DNA of 64,000 nt. It comes from Candidatus Micrarchaeota archaeon. GTDB taxonomy: Archaea; B1Sed10-29. The stretch covers positions 46,115 to 110,114 of the forward strand of contig CAZOFO010000001.1 in the NCBI GenBank assembly GCA_964579265.1, given 5' to 3'. This document shows, in pieces, positions 1-9,019 of the stretch (positions within the stretch are counted from its first letter, which is position 1; every line of letters starts with the position of its first letter). Below the pieces are notes generated by a model. The model searched no databases, was not told the origin of the DNA, and saw only the letters and a program-made list of their open reading frames with translations. Both the position numbers and the translations under genes were made by a program.

Positions 1-1
1 G

Positions 2-2044
2 GAAAAGCTCAGAGAAGTTGGTGAAGAAATAAGAGGAATGATAAAAGAAGGTGAAATACCTGAAGAAGTAAAAAAAGAAATAGAAAAACAGCACTCTAAA
101 CTCAAAGATAAACTAGGAAGAGAACCTGAGGTAGCAGTAAGATCAAGTGCCACATCCGAAGATCTAAAAGGAGCGAGTTTTGCAGGTCAACAAGAAACCT
201 ATCTTAATGTAAAAGGAATAAAAAATGTCTTAGAAAAAATTAAAGAATGTTTTGCTTCTCTTTACACTGATAGAGCAATATACTACAGAGAAAGAAAAGG
301 ATTTGACCATCTAGATGCTGCTCTATCCGCAGCAATACAAAAAATGGTTCATTCCGAATCATCAGGAGTAGCCTTTACCCTGGACCTTAGAGACGGGGAC
401 AATGATACAATAACAATAGAAGGGTCCTGGGGACTAGGCGAATACATAGTAGGAGGGAAAGTAACACCCGACACGTACTTCATAGACAAAGAAAAACTTG
501 AGATAAAAGAAAGGAAAATAGCAACGAAGAAGAAAAAATTAGTTAACAAGCCCGAAGGCGGTACAGTAGAAGAAAAAGTACCTGAAGAAGAACAAGAAAA
601 ACAGATATTACCTGATGAAAAGATAAAGAAACTAGCTAGATATACAAAAGAAATAGAAGAACACTATAACTTCCCACAGGATATAGAATGGGGTTTTGAC
701 AAAAAACAGGAAAAAATCTATATATTACAATCCAGACCCGAAACAGCTTGGTCCGAGAAAGATATAAAGACCAAGAAAAGATCAAAGGGAGAAGTAATAC
801 TGGAGGGAATGTCAGCAAGCCCAGGAATAGAACACGGAAAAGCAAAAATAGTACACAATGTTGAAGAACTAGATAAAGTAGAAAAAGGAGATATCTTGGT
901 AACCGAGATGACCAATCCTGATATGGTTCCAGCAATGAGAAGAGCAAGCGCAATAACAACAGATGAAGGAGGACTAACCAGTCACGCTGCAATAATATCA
1001 AGAGAACTAGGAATACCTTGTGTAGTGGGTACAGGAGAAGCTACAGAAAAAATAGAAAATGGAAAAATAATAAGCGTGGACGGAACCCACGGAGAAGTGT
1101 TTAAAGGAGTAGTAGAATCAGAAAAACACGAAGAAGAAAAGAAACCCGTTCCAGAAACAGAAACAAACATCTACGTGAATCTAGGAGTTCCAGAAATAGC
1201 TGAAGAAGTATCTAAAAAACCTGTAGATGGAGTGGGATTGATGAGAGAAGAATTCATACTATCAACACACGTCAAAGAACACCCACTGTCACTCATAGAA
1301 AAAGGAGAAGAGGAAAAATTTATAGAAAAACTATCGGGAGGAATACTGGAAGTAGCGGAAGCATTCGACCCTAGACCAGTCGTACTCAGACTCAGCGACT
1401 TCAAAACCAATGAATACAGAAACCTAAAAGGAGGAGAAAAACACGAACCACACGAAAGCAATCCAATGATAGGATGGAGAGGATGCTCCAGATACATATC
1501 AGACAAATACCAACCAGCATTCGAACTAGAACTAAAAGCCATAAAAAAGGCCCGTGAAAAACAGGATAACATCCATCTAATGATACCGTTCGTAAGAACA
1601 ATAGAAGAAATAAAAGAAACAGAAAAACTAATGGAAAAACACGGATTAAAAAGAGGAGAAAATCTAAAAATATGGATGATGGCAGAAGTACCATCAAACG
1701 TTCTACTAACCGAAGAATTCGCCGAATACTGCAGCGGCTTCTCAATAGGAACAAACGACCTCACCCAACTAGTTCTAGGAGCAGACAGAGACTCCGAGAT
1801 ACTGGCGGAGCTAGGTGCATTCGACCAGAGAAACGAAGCAGTAAAAAAATCAATAAAAAAGATAATAGAAAAAGCACACAAAAAAGGAAACACCGTAAGC
1901 ATATGCGGACAACTTCCAAGCATATACCCGGAATTCTGCGAATTCCTAGTGGAACAAGGAATAGACTCCATCTCAGTAAATCCAGACACCATTGAAAAAG
2001 TCAAAAGAATTGTTGCCAAAGCAGAAGAAAAACACAAAAACTGA
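2..2044 (+). CDS. ppsA: phosphoenolpyruvate synthase (pyruvate, water dikinase), 5'-truncated at window edge
   Basis: Reading frame is open from the first base of the window. PEP-utilising mobile domain with phospho-His motif GGLTSHAAIISRELGIPCVVG, followed by C-terminal PEP/pyruvate-binding TIM-barrel motifs (RLSDFKTNEY, GTNDLTQ). The 668 aa visible is the C-terminal ~85% of a ~780-aa PpsA. Confidence 0.75.
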   Translation, partial: EKLREVGEEIRGMIKEGEIPEEVKKEIEKQHSKLKDKLGREPEVAVRSSATSEDLKGASFAGQQETYLNVKGIKNVLEKIKECFASLYTDRAIYYRERKGFDHLDAALSAAIQKMVHSESSGVAFTLDLRDGDNDTITIEGSWGLGEYIVGGKVTPDTYFIDKEKLEIKERKIATKKKKLVNKPEGGTVEEKVPEEEQEKQILPDEKIKKLARYTKEIEEHYNFPQDIEWGFDKKQEKIYILQSRPETAWSEKDIKTKKRSKGEVILEGMSASPGIEHGKAKIVHNVEELDKVEKGDILVTEMTNPDMVPAMRRASAITTDEGGLTSHAAIISRELGIPCVVGTGEATEKIENGKIISVDGTHGEVFKGVVESEKHEEEKKPVPETETNIYVNLGVPEIAEEVSKKPVDGVGLMREEFILSTHVKEHPLSLIEKGEEEKFIEKLSGGILEVAEAFDPRPVVLRLSDFKTNEYRNLKGGEKHEPHESNPMIGWRGCSRYISDKYQPAFELELKAIKKAREKQDNIHLMIPFVRTIEEIKETEKLMEKHGLKRGENLKIWMMAEVPSNVLLTEEFAEYCSGFSIGTNDLTQLVLGADRDSEILAELGAFDQRNEAVKKSIKKIIEKAHKKGNTVSICGQLPSIYPEFCEFLVEQGIDSISVNPDTIEKVKRIVAKAEEKHKN

Positions 2045-2048
2045 TAAA

Positions 2049-3266
2049 ATGAAAAAATTAACAGGACCAAGAAATCTTTCAAAAAGAACAGAACAAATAG
2101 AAAAATCACCAATAAGAAGAATAACACGTCTACTTGAAGAAGCAGGAAAAAAAGAATCAGTAATAAGCTTTGGAGGAGGAGCACCAAGCCTTGCACCACC
2201 ACAAGACTCAGTAAACCACGTAGCTGAAAAAATGAAAAAAGAACCACAGAAATCAATTTCATACGGTTCTACACCTGGATTACTTGAAACAAGGGAAAAA
2301 ATAACAAAAATGCTGAAAAAAGAAGAAAATATAGACATAGATCCAGAAAAAGAAATAACAATGACCCATGGTGGAACCCAAGGACTATTTGCCACTCTAC
2401 AAACTTTGATAAACCCAGGACAAGAAGTAATGATACCCAACCCCGAATATTTAGGCTACCCACAAGCTATAAAAATAGCAGGAGGAAAGATAAACTGGGT
2501 AAAAACAACCTGGAAAGAAGATTTTCAAATAACTCCGGAAAAAGTCAAAGAAAACCTAACAGAAGATACCGAGCTAATAATGCTCATCTCCCCTGATAAC
2601 CCGACCGGCAGGATGCTCACCGATGAAAATCTAAAAGGGATAGTCGAAATAGTTGAAGACGAAGATCTATGGCTTCTTACGGATGATATCTACAAAAACA
2701 TAATCTACGGAGAAAAGGAATTCACTAACTCCAGGGAATTCGGAGCCAGAGAAAAAACCATAACATGCAACAGTTTCTCAAAAACAGGATCCATACCTGG
2801 AATGAGAATCGGCTACACCTACGGACCAGAAGACTTCATCTCAAATATGACTAAACTACTTCAATATGAATCACTGTGCATGGCAAAACCACCACAAATA
2901 TTCATAAACCATTTCCTAAGAGAAAAAGGAAAATACAAAAGAAAATACATAAATGAAACAGTACTACCAACCTACAAAAAAAGAAAAGACGTAATGAAAG
3001 AATCTCTTGAAAAATACCTGCCCAAAGCAAACTTCACAGAACCAGCAGGAGCATTCTACTTCTTCGTGGATATGAAAAATTACTTAAAAAACTTCAAAGA
3101 CGAGGAAGAATTTTCCAAAAAACTATACGAAGAAAAAGAAGTAGTAGTAATACCTGGCAGGTACTTCGGAAACGAAGGAAAAGAACACGTTAGATTTACT
3201 TTTGTTTCAGAACCTCAAAAAAAGATAAAAGAAGGTATAAAAAGAATATCAGAATTCTTAGAATAA
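2049..3266 (+). CDS. class I pyridoxal-phosphate aminotransferase (aspartate/aromatic aminotransferase-like)
   Basis: NPxNPTG-type motif (ISPDNPTGRM) and PLP-lysine motif SFSKTGSIPGMRIGY. Start placed at ATG 2049 (MKKLTGP) immediately after the ppsA stop; the 1992 start in the ORF track overlaps ppsA by 53 nt. Confidence 0.7.
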   Translation: MKKLTGPRNLSKRTEQIEKSPIRRITRLLEEAGKKESVISFGGGAPSLAPPQDSVNHVAEKMKKEPQKSISYGSTPGLLETREKITKMLKKEENIDIDPEKEITMTHGGTQGLFATLQTLINPGQEVMIPNPEYLGYPQAIKIAGGKINWVKTTWKEDFQITPEKVKENLTEDTELIMLISPDNPTGRMLTDENLKGIVEIVEDEDLWLLTDDIYKNIIYGEKEFTNSREFGAREKTITCNSFSKTGSIPGMRIGYTYGPEDFISNMTKLLQYESLCMAKPPQIFINHFLREKGKYKRKYINETVLPTYKKRKDVMKESLEKYLPKANFTEPAGAFYFFVDMKNYLKNFKDEEEFSKKLYEEKEVVVIPGRYFGNEGKEHVRFTFVSEPQKKIKEGIKRISEFLE

Positions 3267-3287
3267 ATAAAATAATAACTTTAAAAC

Positions 3288-3405
3288 AGCCCCGTGGTGT
3301 AGCGGTCAAGTCCTATACCATAAAAATCAATAAAAAGGTAAGGGCTACGTAAAAGCATAGCAGGCCCTGGACCTGCTGACAGCGGTTCGAATCCGCTCGG
3401 GGCTA
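3288..3405 (+). tRNA. tRNA-Gln (anticodon CUG) with a ~45-nt intron at a non-canonical position (D-arm / position 26 region)
   Basis: Acceptor AGCCCCG/CGGGGCU with A1-U72 as in archaeal tRNA-Gln. T-arm AGCGG-TTCGAAT-CCGCT. Anticodon arm GCAGG-CCCTGGA-CCTGC gives anticodon CTG. The 5' exon (GTGTAGCGGTCAAG, D-arm) is separated from the anticodon arm by an AT-rich insert (TCCTATACCATAAAAATCAATAAAAAGGTAAGGGCTACGTAAAAG). Exact exon/intron junctions are not resolved. Position 33 reads C rather than the near-universal U. Confidence 0.6.
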
Positions 3406-3406
3406 T

Positions 3407-3805
3407 CTAATTTATCTCCAAATCAAACTTTTTTAATCTGCTCAAACTCGGTCTAAGAGGATAAGTATCTCCATCAATCAATAAAACCATCTCTTCCAAA
3501 CTCTTATTAATAACTAAAGTATACTCTGAATCATCTTCTTCTCCCATAAATACCTTCTCATGCAGCTCCCCATCATGCTCTAATCCACCGTACAAAGCAG
3601 CTCTCAATATCTCACTAGCTCTATATTCATCAATAAAGATATTAAACTCTTCATCCGGAGATCTCTTACTTCCGTGTCTATTCCCCAGTCTTTCTTCCAG
3701 TATATTCTTATACCTCTTTACACCTTCTCCCGCAGGATGCGTTGTAGCTATAAATACATCCGAGTTCGAACTTCTTCCCTTTGATCTATTTTCTCCTACT
3801 ATCAT
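3407..3805 (-). CDS. hypothetical protein (132 aa)
   Basis: ORF with plausible coding composition, ending 2 nt from the tRNA-Gln 3' end. No motif recognised with confidence. Confidence 0.4.
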   Translation of the reverse strand: MIVGENRSKGRSSNSDVFIATTHPAGEGVKRYKNILEERLGNRHGSKRSPDEEFNIFIDEYRASEILRAALYGGLEHDGELHEKVFMGEEDDSEYTLVINKSLEEMVLLIDGDTYPLRPSLSRLKKFDLEIN

Positions 3806-4068
3806 CTAATCGCCCTTGGGGTGAGCCTGATTATCAAACTTCTTTAAGCCTTCAAAACTACTTAATTAAGCCGTCCTTTAAATAACTAACGAAACTATTG
3901 TAAAAAATCTACATAAATAAATAGAGTATAGATGGAAAAAATGAACAATATGTAGATAAACACCTTTTTTATAACGAAATCCGTAATTTAATAGTCACTG
4001 TAAATACATCTAACAATATTAAATAACTACAAAAATAAAGAAAAACAAAATTATTCTAGAAAATAGAA

Positions 4069-4141
4069 GGGTCCGTGGTCTAGTGGCTATGACGTCGCCT
4101 TCACGAGGCGAAGTGCAGGAGTTCGAATCTCCTCGGACCCA
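4069..4141 (+). tRNA. tRNA-Val (anticodon CAC)
   Basis: Cloverleaf: acceptor GGGTCCG/CGGACCC; anticodon arm TCGCC-TTCACGA-GGCGA (U33, anticodon CAC); T-arm AGGAG-TTCGAAT-CTCCT; discriminator A. Confidence 0.8.
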
Positions 4142-4331
4142 TCAAAAACCAATTCAATTTTAAAAAATCATGATCCCCGAACGTTTCCGAATTGATAAAA
4201 TCCACATCAAAACACGTAAAAATTACCTATATACTCTATCCTAAATTAAAAAAATCACTAAATGTTCAAAAATCGACTTAAAAACCCAAAGTTTTAAATA
4301 GTTCCCCCCTCTCAAACTAAATAATTAAATC

Positions 4332-4393
4332 CCCAGCATGAACTGCTCCCCAAAGGGCAGGTAAATGCTGGGCTCTCCCTTCCCTTTTTTTTT
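4332..4393 (+). other. extended GC-rich hairpin followed by an oligo-T run (candidate small RNA 3' end or intrinsic terminator)
   Basis: CCCAGCAT...ATGCTGGG is an 8-bp outer stem enclosing an inner 6-bp stem (CTGCTC/GGGCAG) with loop CCCAAA, followed by CTCTCCCTTCCCTTTTTTTTT. It sits in a 370-nt intergenic region with no ORF on either strand. Confidence 0.3.
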
Positions 4394-4514
4394 CCACTAA
4401 TTTTCAAAAACTAGTCCTTCTTCCCCAATCTAAAAAGTAAGTCTGAAAAGTTCTAGAGCATCTATCGCAAGTTTTTTAAAGTTCAAAAGCCAAACATAAA
4501 CAGGGTGAAGAGGA

Positions 4515-5147
4515 GTGACTCGAGCTATAATATATATAGACGGAAACAATTTCTACCATAATACCCAAAAAGAAGGGCTGAACCCCAACAAAATAGATTT
4601 CAGAAAACTAAGCAAACATGTCGCTCAATCATTTGATTGCTCCTGGGAAGAGACCTATTACTACAACTCCATACCCAGCATAGATACGAATAAAGAAAAA
4701 TACCATTCCCATCTAGGATTCCTCAATAGCTTGAGATACCTACCTAAATTTACGGTTAGAACCAAAAAACTTCAAAAACCGTCGGAAGAAGAGATTCAAA
4801 GGAAGAAAAAGGATTTACTGGAAAGGACCGATATCTGCTATGACTGCAGAACCGCGATAAAAGAAAAATACCAGAAACATTTAGAAGATCTCTCCAAAAA
4901 AGAAAAAGGAATAGACGTAGTGATAACCACAGATATGATCAAAGAAGCATTGAAAAACAGGTATGATACCGCGATACTGATCACAGGAGACTCACAATTT
5001 ATACCTGCACTAGAACTTATTGAAGAAGAAAATAAAAAACCAGCAACATCATTCGTTTTCCAAGGATACGCAAATGAACTCAGAGATAAATTCGACTACC
5101 ATGTACTAAAGAAAGAAGAATTAAAAGACTGCTACTACGAAGAATAA
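4515..5147 (+). CDS. NYN-domain (LabA/DUF88-like, PIN-like fold) predicted ribonuclease
   Basis: N-terminal IYIDGNNFY, central KGIDVVITTDM and AILITGDSQFIPAL match the NYN/LabA Asp-containing motifs. An insert carries a CYDC pair. GTG start. Confidence 0.6.
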   Translation: MTRAIIYIDGNNFYHNTQKEGLNPNKIDFRKLSKHVAQSFDCSWEETYYYNSIPSIDTNKEKYHSHLGFLNSLRYLPKFTVRTKKLQKPSEEEIQRKKKDLLERTDICYDCRTAIKEKYQKHLEDLSKKEKGIDVVITTDMIKEALKNRYDTAILITGDSQFIPALELIEEENKKPATSFVFQGYANELRDKFDYHVLKKEELKDCYYEE

Positions 5148-5172
5148 TGATGTTTAAAAAAATAATCCAAAT

Positions 5173-5292
5173 GCTCCGATAGTCTAGTGGCCAAGGATTC
5201 GAGCCTCTCGTAAACTTTTAGAAAAAGTTTAATCAAAAAATTCTAAAGTCTAGGGATAGCTCGAGACCCGGGTTCAAATCCCGGTCGGAGCA
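5173..5292 (+). tRNA. tRNA-Glu (anticodon CUC) with canonical 47-nt intron (5211-5257) after position 37
   Basis: Acceptor GCTCCGA/TCGGAGC. Anticodon stem CGAGC/GCTCG with loop CTCTCG[intron]A gives anticodon CTC. T-arm CCGGG-TTCAAAT-CCCGG. The intron contains its own hairpin (AAACTTTT..AAAAGTTT). Confidence 0.75.
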
Positions 5293-5416
5293 TCTTGATC
5301 TTTTATCTCAATATCCTGAAAAATATTAATTTTAATTACAAAAATTCCCAATTCTGATGCTAATCAAAAACAGATTCAGTAAATTTTAAATACTTCGAGT
5401 ACTTACTTTTACAGGC

Positions 5417-5878
5417 ATGTACCCCAGAAAAGAAATAGATGAAAAAGACATAGAAATAATAAAAGAACTCCGGCAAGAAGGCAGAGCTAGTTACAGGGAA
5501 ATAGCTGAAAAACTAGATGTTTCCCCCGGAACAGTAAGAAACAGAATAAACGAACTCGAAGAAGAAGGAATAATAAAAGGATACCACGCAGTAGTGGACT
5601 GGGATAAACTAGGTTATGAAGTAGCTGCAATAATAGGTATAGAGATAAAATCACGTTCTCTTGACCAATTAACAGAAAAACTAAAATCCATCCCAAACGT
5701 TTACGCGGTTTACACTACCACCGGACAGTACGACTTATTCATAGGATTCAAATGCAAGTCAATGCAGGAACTAGATGAATTCGTAAAGAACGAATTAGCC
5801 CATCCCTCAATAGCTAAAACAACTACATTCATAATACTCGACGAAGAAAAAGAAGCCAGAACATTCCTCGAAGATTGA
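5417..5878 (+). CDS. Lrp/AsnC-family transcriptional regulator
   Basis: N-terminal HTH (DIEIIKELRQEGRASYREIAEKLDVSPGTVRNRINELEEEGII) plus a C-terminal RAM-domain-like region; 153 aa. Confidence 0.75.
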   Translation: MYPRKEIDEKDIEIIKELRQEGRASYREIAEKLDVSPGTVRNRINELEEEGIIKGYHAVVDWDKLGYEVAAIIGIEIKSRSLDQLTEKLKSIPNVYAVYTTTGQYDLFIGFKCKSMQELDEFVKNELAHPSIAKTTTFIILDEEKEARTFLED

Positions 5879-5994
5879 AAAATCTACAAAAAATAATCCT
5901 CTACCTACAAACACTAGTTCTTTTAAAAGATAAGTTCTTTCTATTTCTAAAGGAAAATCTTGTACTCAATAAAAAGCAGTGAGAAAAAGATAAA

Positions 5995-7464
5995 ATGATC
6001 AAAATAAAATTCGAAGACGTCAAAGTAATATTCAGAGACCTCGGAGAAGTAATGATGTACTTCTCCTCAGCCTTTCTCCTTCCAATAATAGTTTCACTTA
6101 TCTACAGAGAAGGATCAAATGAACTAATCTACTATCTAGCCCCTGCTATACTTACTTTCACTTTCGGTCTACTACTAAACAGAGTTTTCCACACAAATAA
6201 AGATACCGAGAAGACCCACGCCTTCAGCATGGTTGTCATAGCCTGGTTCATCCTACCTCTTTCAGGAGCAGTACCCTACATGCTCTACGGAGTACCTTCT
6301 GGAAGCGCTTACTTCGATTCCGTTTCAGCATTCACTACTACAGGGTTAACACCACTTAGAGAACAAGGAGCTTATCCCGCTAGCTTAATGTTCTGGAGAA
6401 GCACACAAGCCTGGATAGGAGGAGCAGGAATAATAGTTCTAGCACTAGTAGGAATATTCGCATATATAAAATCCTACCAGCTATACAAAGCAGAAGGAAG
6501 AGAAGAAAGGCTAAGACCCAGTATTAAAGGAACTGTGAAAAGGATATGGTGGATATATATAGTTCTAACTTCAATAGGAGTATTATTGCTACTAATATCA
6601 GGATTAACTCCTTTCCAGTCAGTAAATTATTCAATGAGCGCTATAAGCACCAATGGAATGGATATGGCGTGGATGCAACTTGAAGAGATGAATAACTTAG
6701 GGGCTGAAATATCAATAGCTATCATAATGCTTCTAGGATCATTCTCATTCTACATACACTACCAGTTCCTGAAGAAAAAATGGAGGTCCTACCTCGGAGA
6801 TATACAGGTTAAACTAACCATAATACTCCTCCTATTAGGAGCAATGGTTACCCTACCTCAATTCATGTCCATGTACGGATCCGCAGACGGAGTAAGGTAC
6901 TCACTATTCCACTCAACTTCAGCGATAACTGCAGGAGGATTCCATTCGGTTTCAGGAGTTGAATGGACGGAAGGCATCAAGATCACTCTTGGCCTACTCA
7001 TGGTGGTAGGAGGATCGGCCGGATCGACCGCAGGAGGACTTAAAATAATAAGGTTCTGGATATTCCTCAAATCCATATACTGGAAGATAAAAGAATACGC
7101 TTTGCCTGAAAGAGCACACTTCTCAAGGAAAATAGAAGGAAGAGAAACCTCAGACAAACAATTAAGAACTACATATCTATTTATATTGCTCTATATATTA
7201 TTCATAGTTCTCGGTGGACTAGTAATAACGCTTTCAGAGCCAGGGGTATCTTCAGGAGATGCTCTAGTAGCCACCTCCTCATCACAAGGTAACGCGGGTC
7301 TCATGATAGGAGTAGTGGAACCGGGAATGAGAAATGTAACCAAGGCGGTACTAGTCTTCAACATGGTGGTGGGCAGAATAGAAATAATACCAGTGCTACA
7401 CGCAATAGGGTTCCTGCTCAGATATAAAAAGACCCCTTCCCTAAAAAAATCAAGAAAGATTTGA
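5995..7464 (+). CDS. trkH: TrkH/KtrB-family K+ uptake transporter membrane subunit
   Basis: Multi-pass membrane protein with repeated selectivity-filter-like motifs (FTTTGLTP, ISTNGMD, ITAGGFHS, SSQGNAGL). Confidence 0.7.
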   Translation: MIKIKFEDVKVIFRDLGEVMMYFSSAFLLPIIVSLIYREGSNELIYYLAPAILTFTFGLLLNRVFHTNKDTEKTHAFSMVVIAWFILPLSGAVPYMLYGVPSGSAYFDSVSAFTTTGLTPLREQGAYPASLMFWRSTQAWIGGAGIIVLALVGIFAYIKSYQLYKAEGREERLRPSIKGTVKRIWWIYIVLTSIGVLLLLISGLTPFQSVNYSMSAISTNGMDMAWMQLEEMNNLGAEISIAIIMLLGSFSFYIHYQFLKKKWRSYLGDIQVKLTIILLLLGAMVTLPQFMSMYGSADGVRYSLFHSTSAITAGGFHSVSGVEWTEGIKITLGLLMVVGGSAGSTAGGLKIIRFWIFLKSIYWKIKEYALPERAHFSRKIEGRETSDKQLRTTYLFILLYILFIVLGGLVITLSEPGVSSGDALVATSSSQGNAGLMIGVVEPGMRNVTKAVLVFNMVVGRIEIIPVLHAIGFLLRYKKTPSLKKSRKI

Positions 7465-7515
7465 ATAAAATCAACTGAATAAAAAACTTTAGAATAACAT
7501 TAAAAAGGTGATTAA

Positions 7516-8166
7516 ATGTACATCGTTGTAATAGGTGCAGGAAAAATAGGAAGACATCTCACAAGAATATTGATAGAAGAAGGACACGACGTAGTAGTAG
7601 TGGACCGAGATGGAGACGTATGTCATGAAGTAGCATCCGAATACGAAGCACTAACAATAAGAGGAAATGCAACAAGACCAAACGTACTAGAAGACGCAGG
7701 TATAGGAGAAGCTGACTCTGTAATATCTTTAACAGGAACTGACGAAACCAATCTAGTAGTCGGAATGATAGCCAAACAAATGGGAGCAAAAGAAGTAGGA
7801 ATAAGACTAGGAGCAACACACTACGACGAAGAAGTTCTCCATAGATTAGGGATAGACAGAGCTATTTATCCAGAAGCTAACGCTGCAGGATACATATCTC
7901 AAATTATTACAAAGCCAGAAGTAGTAAGTTTATCATTCCTAGAAAAAGGAGAAGCAGTAATACTTGAACTAGAACCTACAGAAGGATCAGAGATAGCAAA
8001 TGAAAAGGTAAAAAAAGCAGAAAAGCCAGAAGAAGCTTCAGTAGTAGCTATATATGAAGACGATAAACTAGTGATACCAACACCTGAAACAGAAATAAAA
8101 CCAGGACAAAAAGTACTAATGCTAACAAGAAAAGAAAAAACAAGCGAAGTTGAAAAACTGGCTTGA
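7516..8166 (+). CDS. trkA: TrkA-type K+ transport NAD-binding regulatory subunit (TrkA-N + TrkA-C)
   Basis: Rossmann motif VVIGAGKIGRHLTRIL..DVVVVD. Adjacent to trkH on the same strand. Confidence 0.7.
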   Translation: MYIVVIGAGKIGRHLTRILIEEGHDVVVVDRDGDVCHEVASEYEALTIRGNATRPNVLEDAGIGEADSVISLTGTDETNLVVGMIAKQMGAKEVGIRLGATHYDEEVLHRLGIDRAIYPEANAAGYISQIITKPEVVSLSFLEKGEAVILELEPTEGSEIANEKVKKAEKPEEASVVAIYEDDKLVIPTPETEIKPGQKVLMLTRKEKTSEVEKLA

Positions 8167-8235
8167 AAAAACTTCTGGAAAAGACCAAGCTCTAAAAATA
8201 TCGATAGAAACAATCAAAAGAAGAGGCGATAAAAT

Positions 8236-8718
8236 ATGACCGAAGATACACTAGTTAATGAAGGAGACGAAATCAAGTTTCACGGAAAGATAGGAGACTG
8301 GGTATGCGTTAAAAAAGGAAAATTCAAAGAAGACACCGATCCAATGGAAGTAGCTAAACTTCTTGCCAGTGTATACGACTCTTTCAAAAGAAAAATATGG
8401 GACTATGTTGGAACAGGGATAGATCTAGAAGAACTCGATCAAATCGCCTACGATATCACAGGAGCAGAGTACGATGAAGATGAAGATGAATACAGAATAA
8501 AAGGAAGAATAAGCAATGACCAGATAACTCAAGCACTTCAAGATCTGAAAAATAAAGTTCCAAGAAGAATAGATATAGAAAACAGCGAATTAAGAGAAGT
8601 AGCAAAGACTTACGTCACCAGAAAAACACTGGAATTGCTAAAAATAAGAATAGAGCCCGACCCAGATAACTTCGAAGACTACCTTGAAAAAAAGAGAAAA
8701 GGAATGATTCAAGAGTAA
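8236..8718 (+). CDS. hypothetical acidic protein (160 aa)
   Basis: ORF only; no recognised motif. Confidence 0.35.
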   Translation: MTEDTLVNEGDEIKFHGKIGDWVCVKKGKFKEDTDPMEVAKLLASVYDSFKRKIWDYVGTGIDLEELDQIAYDITGAEYDEDEDEYRIKGRISNDQITQALQDLKNKVPRRIDIENSELREVAKTYVTRKTLELLKIRIEPDPDNFEDYLEKKRKGMIQE

Positions 8719-8792
8719 CCGGTAAATAACTGGAAAAAACAAAGAAGATATAACTCTCTCTGACAAAAATAGTTACACGATTCAAAGGTAAA

Positions 8793-8865
8793 GGGGTCAT
8801 AGGGTAGCCTGGTATCCTACCGGCTTTGGGTGCCGGTGACCTGAGTTCAAATCTCAGTGACCCCA
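8793..8865 (+). tRNA. tRNA-Pro (anticodon UGG)
   Basis: Acceptor GGGGTCA/TGACCCC; anticodon arm CCGGC-TTTGGGT-GCCGG (anticodon TGG); T-arm CTGAG-TTCAAAT-CTCAG; D-arm GGGT/ATCC. One extra nucleotide between the D and anticodon stems, or a 6-bp anticodon stem. Confidence 0.7.
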
Positions 8866-8901
8866 TTTCAATTTGAAAAATTAAGCTTTATTTCAGTATT
8901 T

Positions 8902-8987
8902 GCAGGGGTGGCGGAGCCCGGTCAAACGCGTGGGACTTAAGATCCCATGGCTTAGTGCCTTCAAGGGTTCGAATCCCTTTCCCTGCA
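8902..8987 (+). tRNA. tRNA-Leu (anticodon UAA), class II with long variable arm
   Basis: Acceptor GCAGGGG/TCCCTGC (one G-U pair); anticodon arm TGGGA-CTTAAGA-TCCCA (anticodon TAA); variable arm GGC-TTAG-GCC; T-arm AAGGG-TTCGAAT-CCCTT. Confidence 0.75.
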
Positions 8988-9019
8988 TATAATATACTGC
9001 AGAGGATCTTCTAAGGTAT

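Noticed and set aside
1992-2048. Upstream extension of the aminotransferase ORF to ATG 1992
   Set aside because: Would overlap the ppsA C-terminus by 53 nt. The ATG at 2049 starts right after the ppsA stop.
349-2440. Several long minus-strand ORFs (349-549, 636-1001, 1171-2262, 1401-1754, 1973-2440) and a +2-frame ORF (1672-1995) overlapping ppsA and the aminotransferase
   Set aside because: F/L/S-rich or R/K-rich translations typical of antisense or off-frame reading of K/E-rich AT-rich coding DNA. Fully contained within well-supported genes.
3288-3405. Possibility that tRNA-Gln is a pseudogene because of C at position 33
   Set aside because: All other cloverleaf elements (acceptor, T-arm, anticodon stem, A1-U72) are intact. 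The anomaly is more likely an intron-boundary or assignment uncertainty; kept as a functional intron-containing tRNA with reduced confidence.
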